Shown piece after piece: positions 35,022 to 47,179 of a DNA stretch of 64,000 nt. Positions within the stretch are counted from its first letter, which is position 1. Each line of letters opens with the position of its first letter. Position numbers and translations under genes: made by a program. The notes under the pieces were generated by a model that ran no database searches, was not told where the DNA came from, and saw only the letters and a list, made by a program, of their open reading frames with translations. Origin of the DNA: Camelus dromedarius (lineage: Eukaryota); NCBI RefSeq assembly GCF_036321535.1, contig NC_087443.1:64976001-65040000 (forward strand). The letters are read 5' to 3'.

Positions 35022-36342
35022 TATTTCTTTTCCATTATGGTATATTACAAGATATTGAATATAGTTCCCTGGGCTATATAGTAGGTTCTTACTATTTATC
35101 TATTTTATATATAGTAGTTAGTATCTGCTAATCTCAAACTCCTACTTTATCCTGCCCTGACCTCCTTTCCCCTTTGGTAACCATAAGTTTGTTTATATGT
35201 CTGTAAGTCTATTTCTGCTTCATAAATAAGTTCATTTGTGTCATATTTTAGAGTCCACATGTAAGTGATACCATATGATATTTGTCTTTCTCTTTCTGAC
35301 TTACTTCATTTAGTATAATGTCTAGGTCCATCCATTTTGCTGCAAATTGCAATTTTTCATTCATTTTCATGGCTAAGCAATATTCCATTATATATGGAAT
35401 TATATATATATATATATATATACATACACCATATCCCCTTTATCCATTCATCTATTGATGGATATTTAGGTTTGTTACATATCTTCTTGTAAATAGTGTT
35501 GCTATGAACACCGAGGTGCATGTATCTTTTTTAATTAGAATTTTCTTTTTTTCTGGATATATGCCCAGGAGTGGAATTGCTGGATCATGTGGTAACTCTA
35601 TTTTTAGTTTTTCAAGGAACCTCCATACTGTTTTCCATAGTGGCTGCACCAATTTACATGCCCACCAACAATGTAGGAATGTTCCCTTTTCTCCACACCC
35701 TCTCCAGCATTTTTTATTATTGTAGATCTTTTGATGATCACCATTCTGACCANNNNNNNNNNNNNNNNNNNNNNNNNNNNNNNNNNNNNNNNNNNNNNNN
35801 NNNNNNNNNNNNNNNNNNNNNNNNNNNNNNNNNNNNNNNNNNNNNNNNNNNNNNNNNNNNNNNNNNNNNNNNNNNNNNNNNNNNNNCTTTTGATTGGGAT
35901 GTTTGCTTTCTGTTATTGAGTTGTATGAGCTGCTTGTATATTTTGGAAATTAAGCCCTTGTATGTCCTATCATTTGCAAATAATTTCTCCCACTCCATAG
36001 GTTGTCTTCGTGTTTTGTTTACTGTTTCCTTTGTTGTGCAAAAGCTTGTAAGTTTGATTAGGTCCTATTTGTTTATTTTTTATTTTATTTCTGTTGCCTT
36101 GGGAAACTGACTGAAGAAAATATTCATGTCAGAGAATGTTTTGCCTGTATTCTCTTCTAGGAGTTTTATTGTGTTATGTCTTATATTTAAATCTTAAAGC
36201 CATTTTGAATTTATTTCTTAATATGGCGTGAGGGTGAGTTCTAACTGCACTGATTTATATGCAGCTGTCCAGCTTTCTGTACACCACTTGCTTAAGAGAC
36301 TATTTTTTCTCCATTGCATATTCTTGTCTCTTTGTCAAAGAG
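35022..36342 (-). mobile_element. Young L1: ORF2 3' end plus 3'UTR, terminal tail missing; contains an N-run (35753-35886)
   Basis: The ORF track gives [31 protein letters not shown] and [27 protein letters not shown], both canonical ORF2p motifs. Confidence 0.93.
35753..35886. other. N-run (134 nt) inside L1 ORF2
   Basis: Seen directly in the sequence. Confidence 0.99.
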
Positions 36343-36429
36343 AATATATAGTATTGCCAGAAGTCTGGGGGGATGACACCAAGAAATCCTTGATAATTCA
36401 GTAGCAGTTTATTCAAAGATATTTTTCTT

Positions 36430-37560
36430 CATTTTTACTCAATTCATTTATTCATTCACTCAAGAAATTTTTATCACTAACTATTTACCAGGCACTAAGC
36501 TAGTTCCCAAGAAAAATAGGGCCCAAAAATGATGATCTCAGAGTCCTGTGGAAATATCAAGAAAATTCCAATTATCTTATAGTGACTTTTAATGGGGTAT
36601 AATTTGTAAAAATACTGAATCACTATGCTGTACATTTGAAGCTAATATAATATTGTAAATCAAGTATACCTAAATTTAAAAATTAATTTAAATTAAAATG
36701 CTGTTAAAGAAAAGAAAATTCCAGAATATAAAAGTAAAAGGTAACACATAAAGGAGGTGTAGTTTATTCATCTTAAGTGGAAAAAGGAGGAGGAAAAGGA
36801 AGAGAGAATAGTTAAGGAGAAACATTTCCAAAAGGAGGTGATGCTTGACCCTAGCATTAAAGTCTAAATATGAATTTGCTGGATAAAGCAAACAGGAAAG
36901 AAGCATTCTGGGCCAAGGGGACAACACATGCAAAGGCACAGTTTGGTAAAACATGATACTTTGGGAAAATGTAAGTGGCTCAAGATGGTGAAAGCAAAGA
37001 TTATACAAGTGAAGTGATATAATATGAAGCCAGAAAGCAGACAGTGGCTACTCATTAAGAGATCGCTGTATGCCCACTTAGGGAGTTTTTTAATCCTGTG
37101 AAAGTCAAAGTACTACTAAAGGAGTTTTTAAAGGAGAGACACAATTACATGTGCATTTTAGGAAAATCACTAAAATTGTGGAAGATGGATTAGAAATTGG
37201 CAAAGCCGTAGCAGAGAGACCAGCTAGCATGCTATTATATTAATTCTGACAAGAAAAATAGAGGGAGAGGGGACTTAAGCAGTGAAAGAAGGAGGGACCT
37301 GTCTGACAAGGGGAGAGAGAGTCATTAGAATCTAAAATTGGTAAGATTTCATGAGCAATTAGATACAGGAGCTGATAAAGAGAGTGAGATTGGAAAGAAA
37401 GTCTCTGGCATAGATGACCAAGGAGAAAATGATGTCATTCAGTGAAATGATAAATATGGAAGAAGAAACAATTTTGAGAGAGAAAAGGAGTAAATGGGAC
37501 ATGTTCAGTCTGCCAATGCTTCACCTGAAGAAGCAGCAATTAGAAATGCCAAGTAGTTTC
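36430..37560 (-). mobile_element. L2 (~1.1 kb), interrupted by a short L1 tail
   Basis: TTCATTTATTCATTCACTCAAG...ACCAGGCACTAAGCTAG (3' end); GAAGCATTCTGGGCCAAGGGGACAACACATGCAAAGGCACAG; TTTTAGGAAAATCACT; GATGTCATTCAGTGAAATG. Confidence 0.75.
36565..36690 (+). mobile_element. Very short L1 3' tail (different cetartiodactyl L1 tail type)
   Basis: TTTTAATGGGGTATAATTTGTAAAAATACTGAATCACTATGCTGTACATTTGAAGCTAATATAATATTGTAAATCAAGTATAC. Confidence 0.8.
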
Positions 37561-38092
37561 CTTTTAGACCAAAAACCAGCCAATGCTTCCTAGAAAGCAA
37601 AGCCATGTAATTCAAATCAAGAATGAGGATTACGAGGAGAATGCCAGGTAAAGTGAGATGAGGAAGTGTCACTGAAAGACAAATTAGGAAGAAGAGATGG
37701 ATGTGGACAGAGAGGAGGGAAGGGAGGGGGAGGCATGAGAGACAAATGAAGCAATTACACTTTTCACTGGCCTCTCTTTAAACTATCAGGTCGTGAAGTT
37801 TTCAAAGAGTTATTTGTAAGAACTCTGTTCTTTGGAGGCAGAATGAGTTATTAACCTGCTCTAATTGGAATCTGATTTTCTCTAGAATTCTGTATTTCAG
37901 ACTAACAGGATTTTACAGAAGAGTATAATAAGTTTGGGATGACTGTTTCAATGCTACATGAGTCACTTCTTTAATAATCCAAGTTCTTTAATAATCCATC
38001 TCTATGCTGTCTAAGGCACATAGACCCAGGGCAGAGCATAGCTTTTTTAGGCCCCTGACGTTGTCCACAGAGTCTTCATAAGCAGAAAATAG

Positions 38093-38473
38093 TACTTTGG
38101 GCTTGATCTTAATGTCCCTCCAAATTCATATTGAAGCCCTGACCCAAAATGTGATCATATTTGGAGATGGTGCCTTTGGGAGGTAATGAAGTCACAAAGG
38201 TGAGGACCTCATAATAGGATTGATGCTCTTATAAGAGACTCAAGAACTTGCTTTCTCTCTCCTCACATGTGCACAGAAAGACATCATGTGGGCTCACAGT
38301 GAGACGGTGGCCACCTACAAGCCAAAAGGACAGGCCCCAGGATGAAACCTACCTTACTGGGACCTTTATCTTAGACTTCCTTGTCTCCAGACTATAAGAA
38401 ATAAGTTTCTGTTGTTTAAGCCACCCAGCCTATGATATTTTGTTACGGCAGCCCTAACAAGCAGACTAAGACA
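38093..38473 (+). mobile_element. MaLR solo LTR (MLT1A/MST-type), full length
   Basis: TCCCTCCAAATTCATATTGAAGCCCTGACCC...TTTGGAGATGGTGCCTTTGGGAGGTAAT...TTTAAGCCACCCAGCCTATGATATTTTGTTACGGCAGCCC...ACTAAGACA. TSD AATAG/AATGG matches at 4 of 5 positions. Confidence 0.9.
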
Positions 38474-40769
38474 AATGGGTACCACAGGTGCCAAATTTGC
38501 CTCACAGAGGACCTGTGTCCCAATCTGATGCATGTCTGTGGTCAGCATCACACACAATATGAAAATGTAATTGCCTTAACCAAATGTCCTATCTAGTCTC
38601 AAGTCTACATTAAACCTTCCCAAGCTGAGGTGTTAGCAGGGAGGCCAGGAGACATGCCAGAACAGAGAGATCTTATCAGGAAACAAGCATATCCTCACGA
38701 AAGACCAGTTTCTCTTATGGTGAAAGAGAATGAGGGAACAAGGTTCATAATATAAAATTTGGGGGAGGAGAGAAAATGGGAGTCAGATTCCCCAGTACTT
38801 AGCCATGTCTGGGTGCTGTTAACCACCTTATGGTTTTCCTAAAAAGCCTACTGGGCATCCATAGCACTTTGGTAGGTATGTCACTACCAAATGGTATGTG
38901 ATTAAAATGTCAGTCTTAAGGTAGAGGATTTCTCCAAAGCAAGCAAGTCCCATCTTGTTGACATGTGGTATGTTAGGCATGATATGGGGAATGCTACGTT
39001 TCCATGAGCTATGCAATGACCAAAAGGCATAAAGGATATGAAGATATAATTCATGGGACCATGGAACTTATCTATTTACTTATTCTTAATACTCAGCTTT
39101 ACTCCATAAAGAACTGTCATCTTTATAACACATACTCTTGAGAGGTGGGCTGCAGTTTGCTTTTAGCCTTCTTCCAAGCAGTGAAGGGGAAATATTTGTT
39201 AGGTGACATAAGTCACCATGGTATGAGCTGTGCTTTTGTCTCTTAGTTCATTTAAATCCAAACAGCTGCATTGTGGACAGAAGCCAAATAAGAGAGAATA
39301 CCTTAAAGATACCTTCATGTAGCATGCCAGTATAGAAGCATGAGGGAAAGACATATATGTGGGAGTACACAGTTATGAGACGACCAAAGAGCTGGCTAAG
39401 ATATTTGAAGCTATTGAGACTAAACAATTATACGCCAATCAAGAACTGAAGCATCAATGTCAGCTATAATCATAGACCTTAAAACAGCATCTTTGACCAC
39501 AGAAAAGGATGACACATGACAATGATAAGAGAAAAATGTGTGACACCCACCAGCATACTCACACCTACACACATCCTCAAACACAAGGAATAGTGACAAA
39601 TGCATCACAAATATGTGTCACAGCAAGAATCCCATGATTCAAGTCTGGAGCAGAGAAAACTATGAGCAAATGCATTAGTCACAGTACAATCAGTCAAAGC
39701 TGGCCATTTGATATCAGTGACATGGTCTGCATTAATTAAATCTTAAGTGTAGAATACTGAGTTTTAAATGTTGATTTTCCCCATTTGTCCTTTAACTTCA
39801 TGCATTTTATCATTTCACAACAGGAGTCCACTTAGGTTATGTTTCTATAATTAATCCAAAACAGAGATGAATTAATTACCTTTCACAACATAAGTCAAAC
39901 AGAATCTAATTCATCAATAAATTTTTATCTTCCCCACTCATCAATTTACTGAATGCATTTCCTTCTTATAGACAGAATTTCATCTTTAGCTACAACATTT
40001 TGCAAGTACCAGACTAACACTGAACAAGATAATTTGCTCTTAAATCAAACTTTGCTGAAAGTAATTCAAATTATCCAGCAAGTAGAATATGTTTTAAAAG
40101 TAAATCTGATGAAGAAGCTTGACTATTCTGTATCTTTGTTAAGTAGCATGTTAGTGCTTCAGACAATCTACACACCCAAACACAACAAGGTCTTCTCTTA
40201 GTTTATCTCCAAAAGCAAAGTACCCTGTCATATTGGTGGCTGGAATTCCTTTGAAGTGTAGTCGGTATATCTACCACCTACTGCATAGTTACTGTCACTT
40301 TCACTTTCTGGAGATGTATCTCTTTTTAGGGACAAGAGAAAAGCAAATCTTCTTAATTGAGTCAAAATGCATTGAGAGAGAGGGAGGCTCTTGGCAAGAT
40401 AAAGGTCCTCCAGGCCACCTTTAAGACTCATTTCTCCTAGCACCTGCTTTATTTTTACTACAACATTCCAGTTTAGAAAGAAATATGTCCACCTGAAAAA
40501 TAAATCCTAGCACAGACCACAAACAATTTACCTGAAATCCCAGTCTGCAGACACTGGAGCAAAAGTTAATGAAACACTCTGTTAGCAATTGAAACTAAAT
40601 GAAAGAAAATTATTCATTACACAGCCTGCCAACTCTCAGGCACTGGTAGCCAAAGTGAGTAATTGAAACCAGTACCTAGGGTGATGTAAGAAAGGGGAGA
40701 AAATCCTGGAGAAAAGGCCAGGGGAAGTGTGATAGGGCACCAAACGTGAGAAAATATTAGTGATCAGCC

Positions 40770-40930
40770 TTTAAAAGGTGCTTAATAAATGCTAGGCACT
40801 TGTTAATTAGTTTATATCTGGTACTTAATTCTTACAATAAGCATATGAGATGTTTACAAACATGATTCCCTTTTGACATACGAGTATACTGAAGCCTGGA
40901 GAGGTTAAGTAGCTTGATTAGAAGCAAATA
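40770..40930 (-). mobile_element. MIR
   Basis: TAAATGCTAGGCACTTG...TTAATTCTTACAATAAGCATATGAG...ACTGAAGCCTGGAGAGGTTAAGTAGCTTG. Confidence 0.7.
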
Positions 40931-41541
40931 AGTCATAAGAATCTAATACGAATGCAATCAACAAGACTGCCAACCATTATACATGGAGTGTGAGTTCATC
41001 TGATCCTCATTTTCAAGCCATACTCATTTGAAGAATTTGGGTGTGGTGAGAGAGGGGCACGGGGCAGATGGAGGGAGAGAGAGAAAAGACCTAGATAACT
41101 ATTCAAACAGTGAGAGGACTGCTCCCTGATATTGTGCTCAGTGGCCACATGTCGCAGAGGGAGCAAGAGACAGAACTGGCAGTGCTGTTCACTTCCTCGC
41201 AGTAGGAGCACCAAAGATGCAACTCTGGATCAGTGTTCAAAGTTTTAATGTTTCATACAGCATGGTCCCTACAATTAAGCCATTTTATCAGATTCTCAAA
41301 CAAATAAATAAAGCTATCAGTCCCAACCCAAGAAGAAAATCTGGCTGTGTTGAAGTAATTAGAGGAGGCATGTTGGTCTTCACCATGGTGTCTTCCTAAA
41401 ACTGCATTTCCATAAGCAGTTTTAACCCTCACACACGCACCACTCGGAGAACTTACTGTCCCAGAGAGAGGCAGCTCCCCTCTGCTTCCAGGCCCTGTAC
41501 ATACTGTCTTATCTTAGAAACCACAGACTCATCTCAGGTGC

Positions 41542-42000
41542 TCTCTTAGTCTTAGTTCCCCCAGGAACAGACCCTGAGAAGAGAATGCTAGTGAATATAG
41601 TTGTTTGGGAGGTGATCTCAGAAAACACAAGGTGAGAGGTAGGAAGATGAGGCAGGTAAGGGAAGGAGGCTGATAAAGGGTGACACTTCAAGCAAATTCC
41701 CATCATGTGTAACTGGCTGTCAACTCAACAGAAAACTCTGGAGCCAAAGTAAAAATTATTTCTTTAGAGTAATCCCCACAAGGGATGAGAGGGCTAAGAG
41801 GTCACTTATACACTAGCACCTTTATCACTTACTACATGGTGGGGGTCTTTGCTTTCCTGGAACTGCCAGTGTCCCTCGCCCAGCCTCCATGGTGGCATCA
41901 CGCAGAGATAAGGTGCTGGTGGTTGGAAGTTCAGAGAGCTTATACCGCGATGAGAAGACCAAAGAGGTATGAGCAAGGCAGAGACAGGGCTTCTCTACGT
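41542..42000 (-). mobile_element. LTR33-like ERV-L solo LTR
   Basis: GTTCCCCCAGGAACAGACCCTGAGAAGAG...TTGTTTGGGAGGTGATCTCAGAAAACAC...AGGGAAGGAGGCTGATAAAGGG; ends GGTATGAGCAAGGCAGAGACAGGGCTTCTCTACG (consensus ...TGCTACA). Confidence 0.7.
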
Positions 42001-42399
42001 GGCTTCTTTTTTTAATCATATATAATATAGGTCTCTATATTGATGGTGAGACTCTAAGAATGCAGATATGAAGAACTATTATTCCATCAAGTTGAATTAA
42101 AGTTAATTTCCCTTCAGTAAGATAGGATTTTTTCCCCAAAACCATTCCCCATTTTCTTCTCCTAATGTTGAATAGCCCAAAAGATTGTTTGTATTTGGTT
42201 GTAGTCAGTGTGTCCATTTACATAAAGGCACATAGATGGAGAGAGTTTTGTTATCTGAGAGAGATGATAAAAATAGATACCAAGACAAGCACAGGGTGAG
42301 AGACAAAAAACAGATTAAGAAGTGTGAGGTTAGACAGACACAGACACACACAGACAGTGACACAGTTCCCCTCCCATTTTTATAGTTTCCCCTTTTTTT

Positions 42400-42595
42400 A
42401 GCATAGTACAGTGAAAGTGGTAAGAACTTTAGAAAAATAACTGAGCTTGAATAACTTCTTGGTTAAATCTCGTTGGAGATAAAACCTATTTATCAAACTT
42501 CTCTGAGCCTTTCTCGTGCCATTTATGTAAAGGGAATGATAATAGTGATCTCATAGATCTATCGTAAGAATAAATCTGAATTGCCTAAAACATCA
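42400..42595 (+). mobile_element. MIR
   Basis: GCATAGTACAGTG...AAACTTCTCTGAGCCTTTCTC...TAAAGGGAATGATAATAGTGATCTCATAG. Confidence 0.6.
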
Positions 42596-43689
42596 GGGCT
42601 CGCCATTTCAATTAAACAGACCTGTGTTGGGCGCTCTGAGGCAGGAGTGTTCACGTATCTCCCTAAGTGCACTTTGGTGGTGGTGGTGATGCTGGTGACA
42701 ATGCTGTACTTCTCATTTCTCCAATGCTACATGTGACATCACTTTCACACCCAGTCTATCTTCACTTCCAGATCTTCCATGGCAAATCTTCTCTCTGGCT
42801 TCTCAGCAATATTTTGTGGTTTTTGTCAGCGTAACAATATCATGATGAGAAATAGACAATTCATTGAAAGAAAAGGTGAAACTCCTTCATGGGCAATTGC
42901 TTTCTCTGGGTCAGGATAATAAACAGGAGACAGATGGGCTGTTGGGAGTGGACTTTACATACCTAAGTCATCACTCTTTTCTTGCTAATATTACACCTAC
43001 TTCCCACCTTCTTAAAATAAGGTCTCATTCTTGCTGAATGTCTGTCATTTTATTTGGCCATAAAATGGATTTCTTCCTTCTCCCAATATGAAACCACAGA
43101 GCAGTAACTACTGTACCAACTACTGTACCACCATGACTGCCCTTCAACATGTAATTACTGCTCGCCAGTAGTTGTCTTTTCATTTTGATGGAAGGGGCTG
43201 GGCTGAATGAACTCCATCATTCTCCACAGTTGAGCATCCCATAAACTCTGCTTTGTTTTTATTATCAGTTGTGAATTAAAAACCATTTTCTGAGAATCAG
43301 ACAGCTTGATTCAAAGATATATTATCTTGGTGGGCATCCCAACCTGCCATGGATAATTACAAAGCCACAGAAAAGAGTTTGCTAAATAAAGGAGGAGTTC
43401 TAAGCCAAAAGAGGTTTATACTTAAGGCTGAGGATCCAGAGTCTCGGTAGGGGTTCCATATATGCCAATACAGATATACTGGATAAGAGATGTTAGATGA
43501 GGGGCAATAGGGTCTGAAATCTACCCCCACTCCCCTCAATAATCCTTGAATCCATGGAGCTGAAAGGAGAGCCTTTTCCTAATCTGCAAAAAGGCATGGG
43601 TTAGCAGAAGTCGTAAGCCCCCAGTATAATTTCTAACACAATTGTGGATTCATTAAAGTAAAATAAAAAGCTTTTTGATTGCAATTGGA

Positions 43690-44190
43690 AAAATAAAACA
43701 CGTTTAATTCCTTGAGAAGAAAGGGAAGCTTGTTAAAGAAAAATCTCATGAAACTAGAAATATAGGTACATCTCATGAAAGCCAAGGGCAGGACAATGGT
43801 TGGATTTCAGAAATATCAGATCCAGCAAGATGCTCCTCTCCGTCTTTCTGATGCTTATTTCCCACTACGTGCCACCCTCTTTTACTAAGGAGCAGTTTGT
43901 TCCATGTGAGCAAACACAATGGCTGAGAGCTCCCAGGTGTATACCTTACAGCTTCAGGACCAGGGGAAGACTGGCCTGATGTTCTTCCTGCTTCCTGGGC
44001 AGGAGAGTTACTGGTCCAGCCTGGTCAGACAGCCATGGTACTTGCCCTTGGACCAATCAAATGTGGTCCGGAAGGCAGGATCATATGAAAAAAAGGTAAC
44101 TATTTAGAAGGCATATATATGAAGTGATCAGCTGGGGGTATGGGAAAAGAAAGCCTTTCAGAAGGAAAGAAATCCCTTTTCCCAAAAGAA
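43690..44190 (-). mobile_element. Old MaLR LTR (MLT1J/K/L-like)
   Basis: CTGGTCCAGCCTGG...TGCCCTTGGACCAATCAAATGTGGTCCGGAAGGCAGGATCATATG, characteristic of old MLT1 LTRs. Confidence 0.5.
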
Positions 44191-44419
44191 GGTAAACTGA
44201 CAATCAAATACAACAGTAATGTCTATTAAAATTACATTAAAAATGAAGGCTTCACTTAACATTGAATTGAATGTACCTCCTGAAAAGTCATAGTTAAAAG
44301 AAGTGTCATCCTATAAGCACTTAGGCAAAAACATTAACAATTTTGTTCCTGTTGCCCCATATCTCAAACCTAAACAGCTCTCCTCTTACACTTAATCTTA
44401 ATTAATTTCTATTTCTCAT

Positions 44420-44610
44420 AAGGCTCACTGCATGTCCCTTTTTCTCAAAGAAGGCTTCCCCAAGTATCATATACTCCAGTCATCTATTTCTTGCCTCCGC
44501 TGACAACTTGATTTATATGTTATAGCCCTTGATCAGATCCTGCTTTTATTTATTAATCACTGCATGCATACAGCTCATCTCCTTTTCTGGATTTGAAGTC
44601 CCTTAAATAC
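44420..44610 (+). mobile_element. L2 fragment
   Basis: CATGTCCCTTTTTCTCAAAGAAGGCTTCCC...TTATAGCCCTTGATCAG. Confidence 0.4.
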
Positions 44611-45549
44611 TTTTATAACAAGCATGGTTCACAGCACTAATAATTAAAGATTACCTTTATTCTATTCCATGCAACTTGTAGCATAATGCTGACTGCAGTC
44701 TTAATAATCACATTTGTGGGCAGGTCTTGGGAAGATGAGATTCAGCTTTACTTAACACAAAGCACATCAACAGTACCACAGTAAGCAGATCAGATGAATG
44801 GCAGGGTGACTGTCTCCTTCCTGACACATGCACTGAATAATATGCTGAGAAAAAAAATCTCAAGCCACCAAATAATCTGCTAAGGAAAGATCTCAAGTAT
44901 TTGCAAAATATGTGATAGTTCTCGGTACAATGCTACACTAACAATGAGCTAAGACAGAGGATGCAATTACTTCACCTTCGTTTTTCTCTGCTTAAAGAAA
45001 CCCCAAAGAAGAAAGAAGTTCAGAAGATTTACAGAAAGGAATATTCTGTCTATAAGGCAATGGAAGTATATAATTCTATCCAGATTTGAAATTCTGAAAC
45101 TTGTCAACTAAGGTGTAGAAAGTGATAAACAGGATCCACAAATTTGCATATCTAAATGCCATCATACTGACTTTGTGAAAAGTAAAAATTATGAGGCCTA
45201 TTTAAAAGGCACAATAACTAGAATCTGATTAACTAAATGTTAAAGGAAAACACTCCACAGAGAGCACCTTATTTAGTGAACTCATTATGAAAATTTTATA
45301 TTAGCATATTTATTGTTAGGTTGTAAACAATGTTCCCAGACTGGCTGAAAACAGCCTTTAAAAAAAGTAAGGCAAATTCCCCTTTTCGTATTTGTCTAAA
45401 TTATTGTTTCTGAAATTTAATTTCCCACATTCTTTTCTCATATTTGTGCAATACTTTACAGTTCAGCAGCACATTCGCATGCAACCTTTACATGACCTGT
45501 CTGTCACCTCTTCACATATGAAAAAAATAAGGCTTAAATAGGTTTGCCG

Positions 45550-45720
45550 CCTTTCTCTTCCCTTTTGAGATGGCCTGCACTGTGTCTACAGGGTGTATAT
45601 CTACTTTTGTTTTAACCAGCCCCATGCCTCATGGCCTCTCTGGCCTTTGGAGACAGCCTGCACTCTCTCTGTGGATTATGCCTCTCTCTGAATAAATCTA
45701 CCTTTACCCCACCACCACCA
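45550..45720 (+). mobile_element. Short ERV1-type LTR U3/R fragment ending at a poly(A) signal, with a possible TSD
   Basis: Two related units, (T)TTGAGATGGCCTGCACTGTGTCTACAGGG and TTGGAGACAGCCTGCACTCTCTCTGTGGA; AATAAA at 45691-45696; A-run at ~45720-45726. Flanks AAATAGGTTTGCCG (45536-45549) and AAAAAAGTTTCCCG (45721-45734) match at 11 of 14 positions. Confidence 0.45.
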
Positions 45721-46644
45721 AAAAAAGTTTCCCGACTTGCCAAAGGTAGATCAGGTAACTAATCTGAACTGCACAAATTCTAAGGCAGTAAAGTCTAAAT
45801 AAATATGATTTTACTTTGTTTCTGTTTTACTCCTGAGAGACATGTATTCCTATATGGCAAAAATTACAAAGGAGAAAAAGGAAAAAAAAAAAAACAAATC
45901 TCACTTCTGAATCAATTCTCTAAACTTGTAAAGACTATATTTATAAAGGAACATGGAAGAAGGTAGGGACGGGGGAAGTCCATCCCTGTTAATTTCAGCT
46001 GAGCTCAAATGCAATATAAAATTTATTATTCCTTTTGTTGTTTTTGCTATTCCAATTTGAAAAGAATTATGTGTGTTTATATTATTTTTTTCACTTAAGT
46101 AGAGCAATGACATTTTTTCCAAGTTTATCTAGCAAGAGCAGATAATTTGACACCAAATTGGTCTTTTGAAGTTCCACCCAGAAACTTCTCTCCTTCAACT
46201 CCTCCTGCAAAAAGATGATTTTGGAAGAAATTAGATTCACTGTTTGCATAAACCAATGTATTTAGCTGGTGGCTCTGCCGGTCCAGTTAACTATTCTAAC
46301 AATATGTATGAAATGATGTAATGGTTATGTTTGTAGCCAATTAGAATTGTTTTGATGGAACACTCCTTCTTGTACCTTATTTAAAGTAAGAAAACATGGC
46401 ACTGAAATGTATTTCATGGGACAGAGAGGATGCCTTGGGGGGGAAAGAGAAGAAAAATATCTAGGTCATGATATGAAATGCATGACATCTCATTTACGTG
46501 TAAGCATAAACAAAAGGCTTATTTGCATACATTTTAAAAAACACTGCACATACTACGCTTTGATGACATCCTTAATATGACCATCAATATCATTACTATT
46601 GTATTATGAAAAATAATATTATTGATGTCAGACAAAATAATACA

Positions 46645-46820
46645 AGGTGAAGGAGCATAGAGCTGAGAACCAGCAGACCTGCATCCTAACAACAGCTCTG
46701 CTGCTAGTGGGTCACAACCTCTCTGAAGTTACTTTTCCTTGTCTGGAAAGTAGAAACAATACTCATTTAGTTTCTGCCTCTGAGAATACAATGAAATATG
46801 AGGTACAATTGCTGCTCTCA
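46645..46820 (+). mobile_element. MIR
   Basis: GAGCATAGAGCTGAGAACCAGCAGACCTGCATCCTAA...AACCTCTCTGAAGTTACTTTTCC. Confidence 0.6.
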
Positions 46821-46924
46821 AACAATTTGTTATATATTTGGCAAAACAAAGTAATTCACATAAAAGATAAAAATAACCATTTGCTAGGAAATGCTCCAAA
46901 ACCAGTATCCTCTTGTCGAGCTTC

Positions 46925-47092
46925 AAAACAACCCAAATAGGAAGGCATTATTATTACTTCTGGTTTACATAAGAAAACTGAGGCACAGAGTGATTCAGAA
47001 ATGTTAGATGACTTCTCTGTTGCTTAAGTAACAGAGTGAGGTTTCAAACTCAATCATCCTCAGAGCATGTGCACTTAGCTACCACATGCTAT
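46925..47092 (-). mobile_element. MIR
   Basis: ATTATTATTACTTCTGGTTTACATAAGAAAACTGAGGCACAGAG...GGTTTCAAACTCAA...CAGAGCATGTGCACTTAGCTACC. Confidence 0.7.
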
Positions 47093-47179
47093 ATTGACAA
47101 AAAGTCCTATATGTTCAAAGAAGGGAAAGGCAGGATAATTAATTAGGAAAATTATACAACAGGGATAGTTAAAAATTGG

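Noticed and set aside
35022-36690. Twin-primed (5'-inverted) L1 made of the minus copy plus the downstream + tail
   Set aside because: About 220 bp of unrelated/L2 sequence intervenes and the tail is of a different L1 subtype.
37967-37998. 15-bp tandem micro-duplication (also a 12-bp one near 43106-43130)
   Set aside because: Common slippage products with no sign of function.
39375-39470. Tigger-like transposase snippet KELAKIFEAIE
   Set aside because: Too short, with no TIR or TA TSD found.
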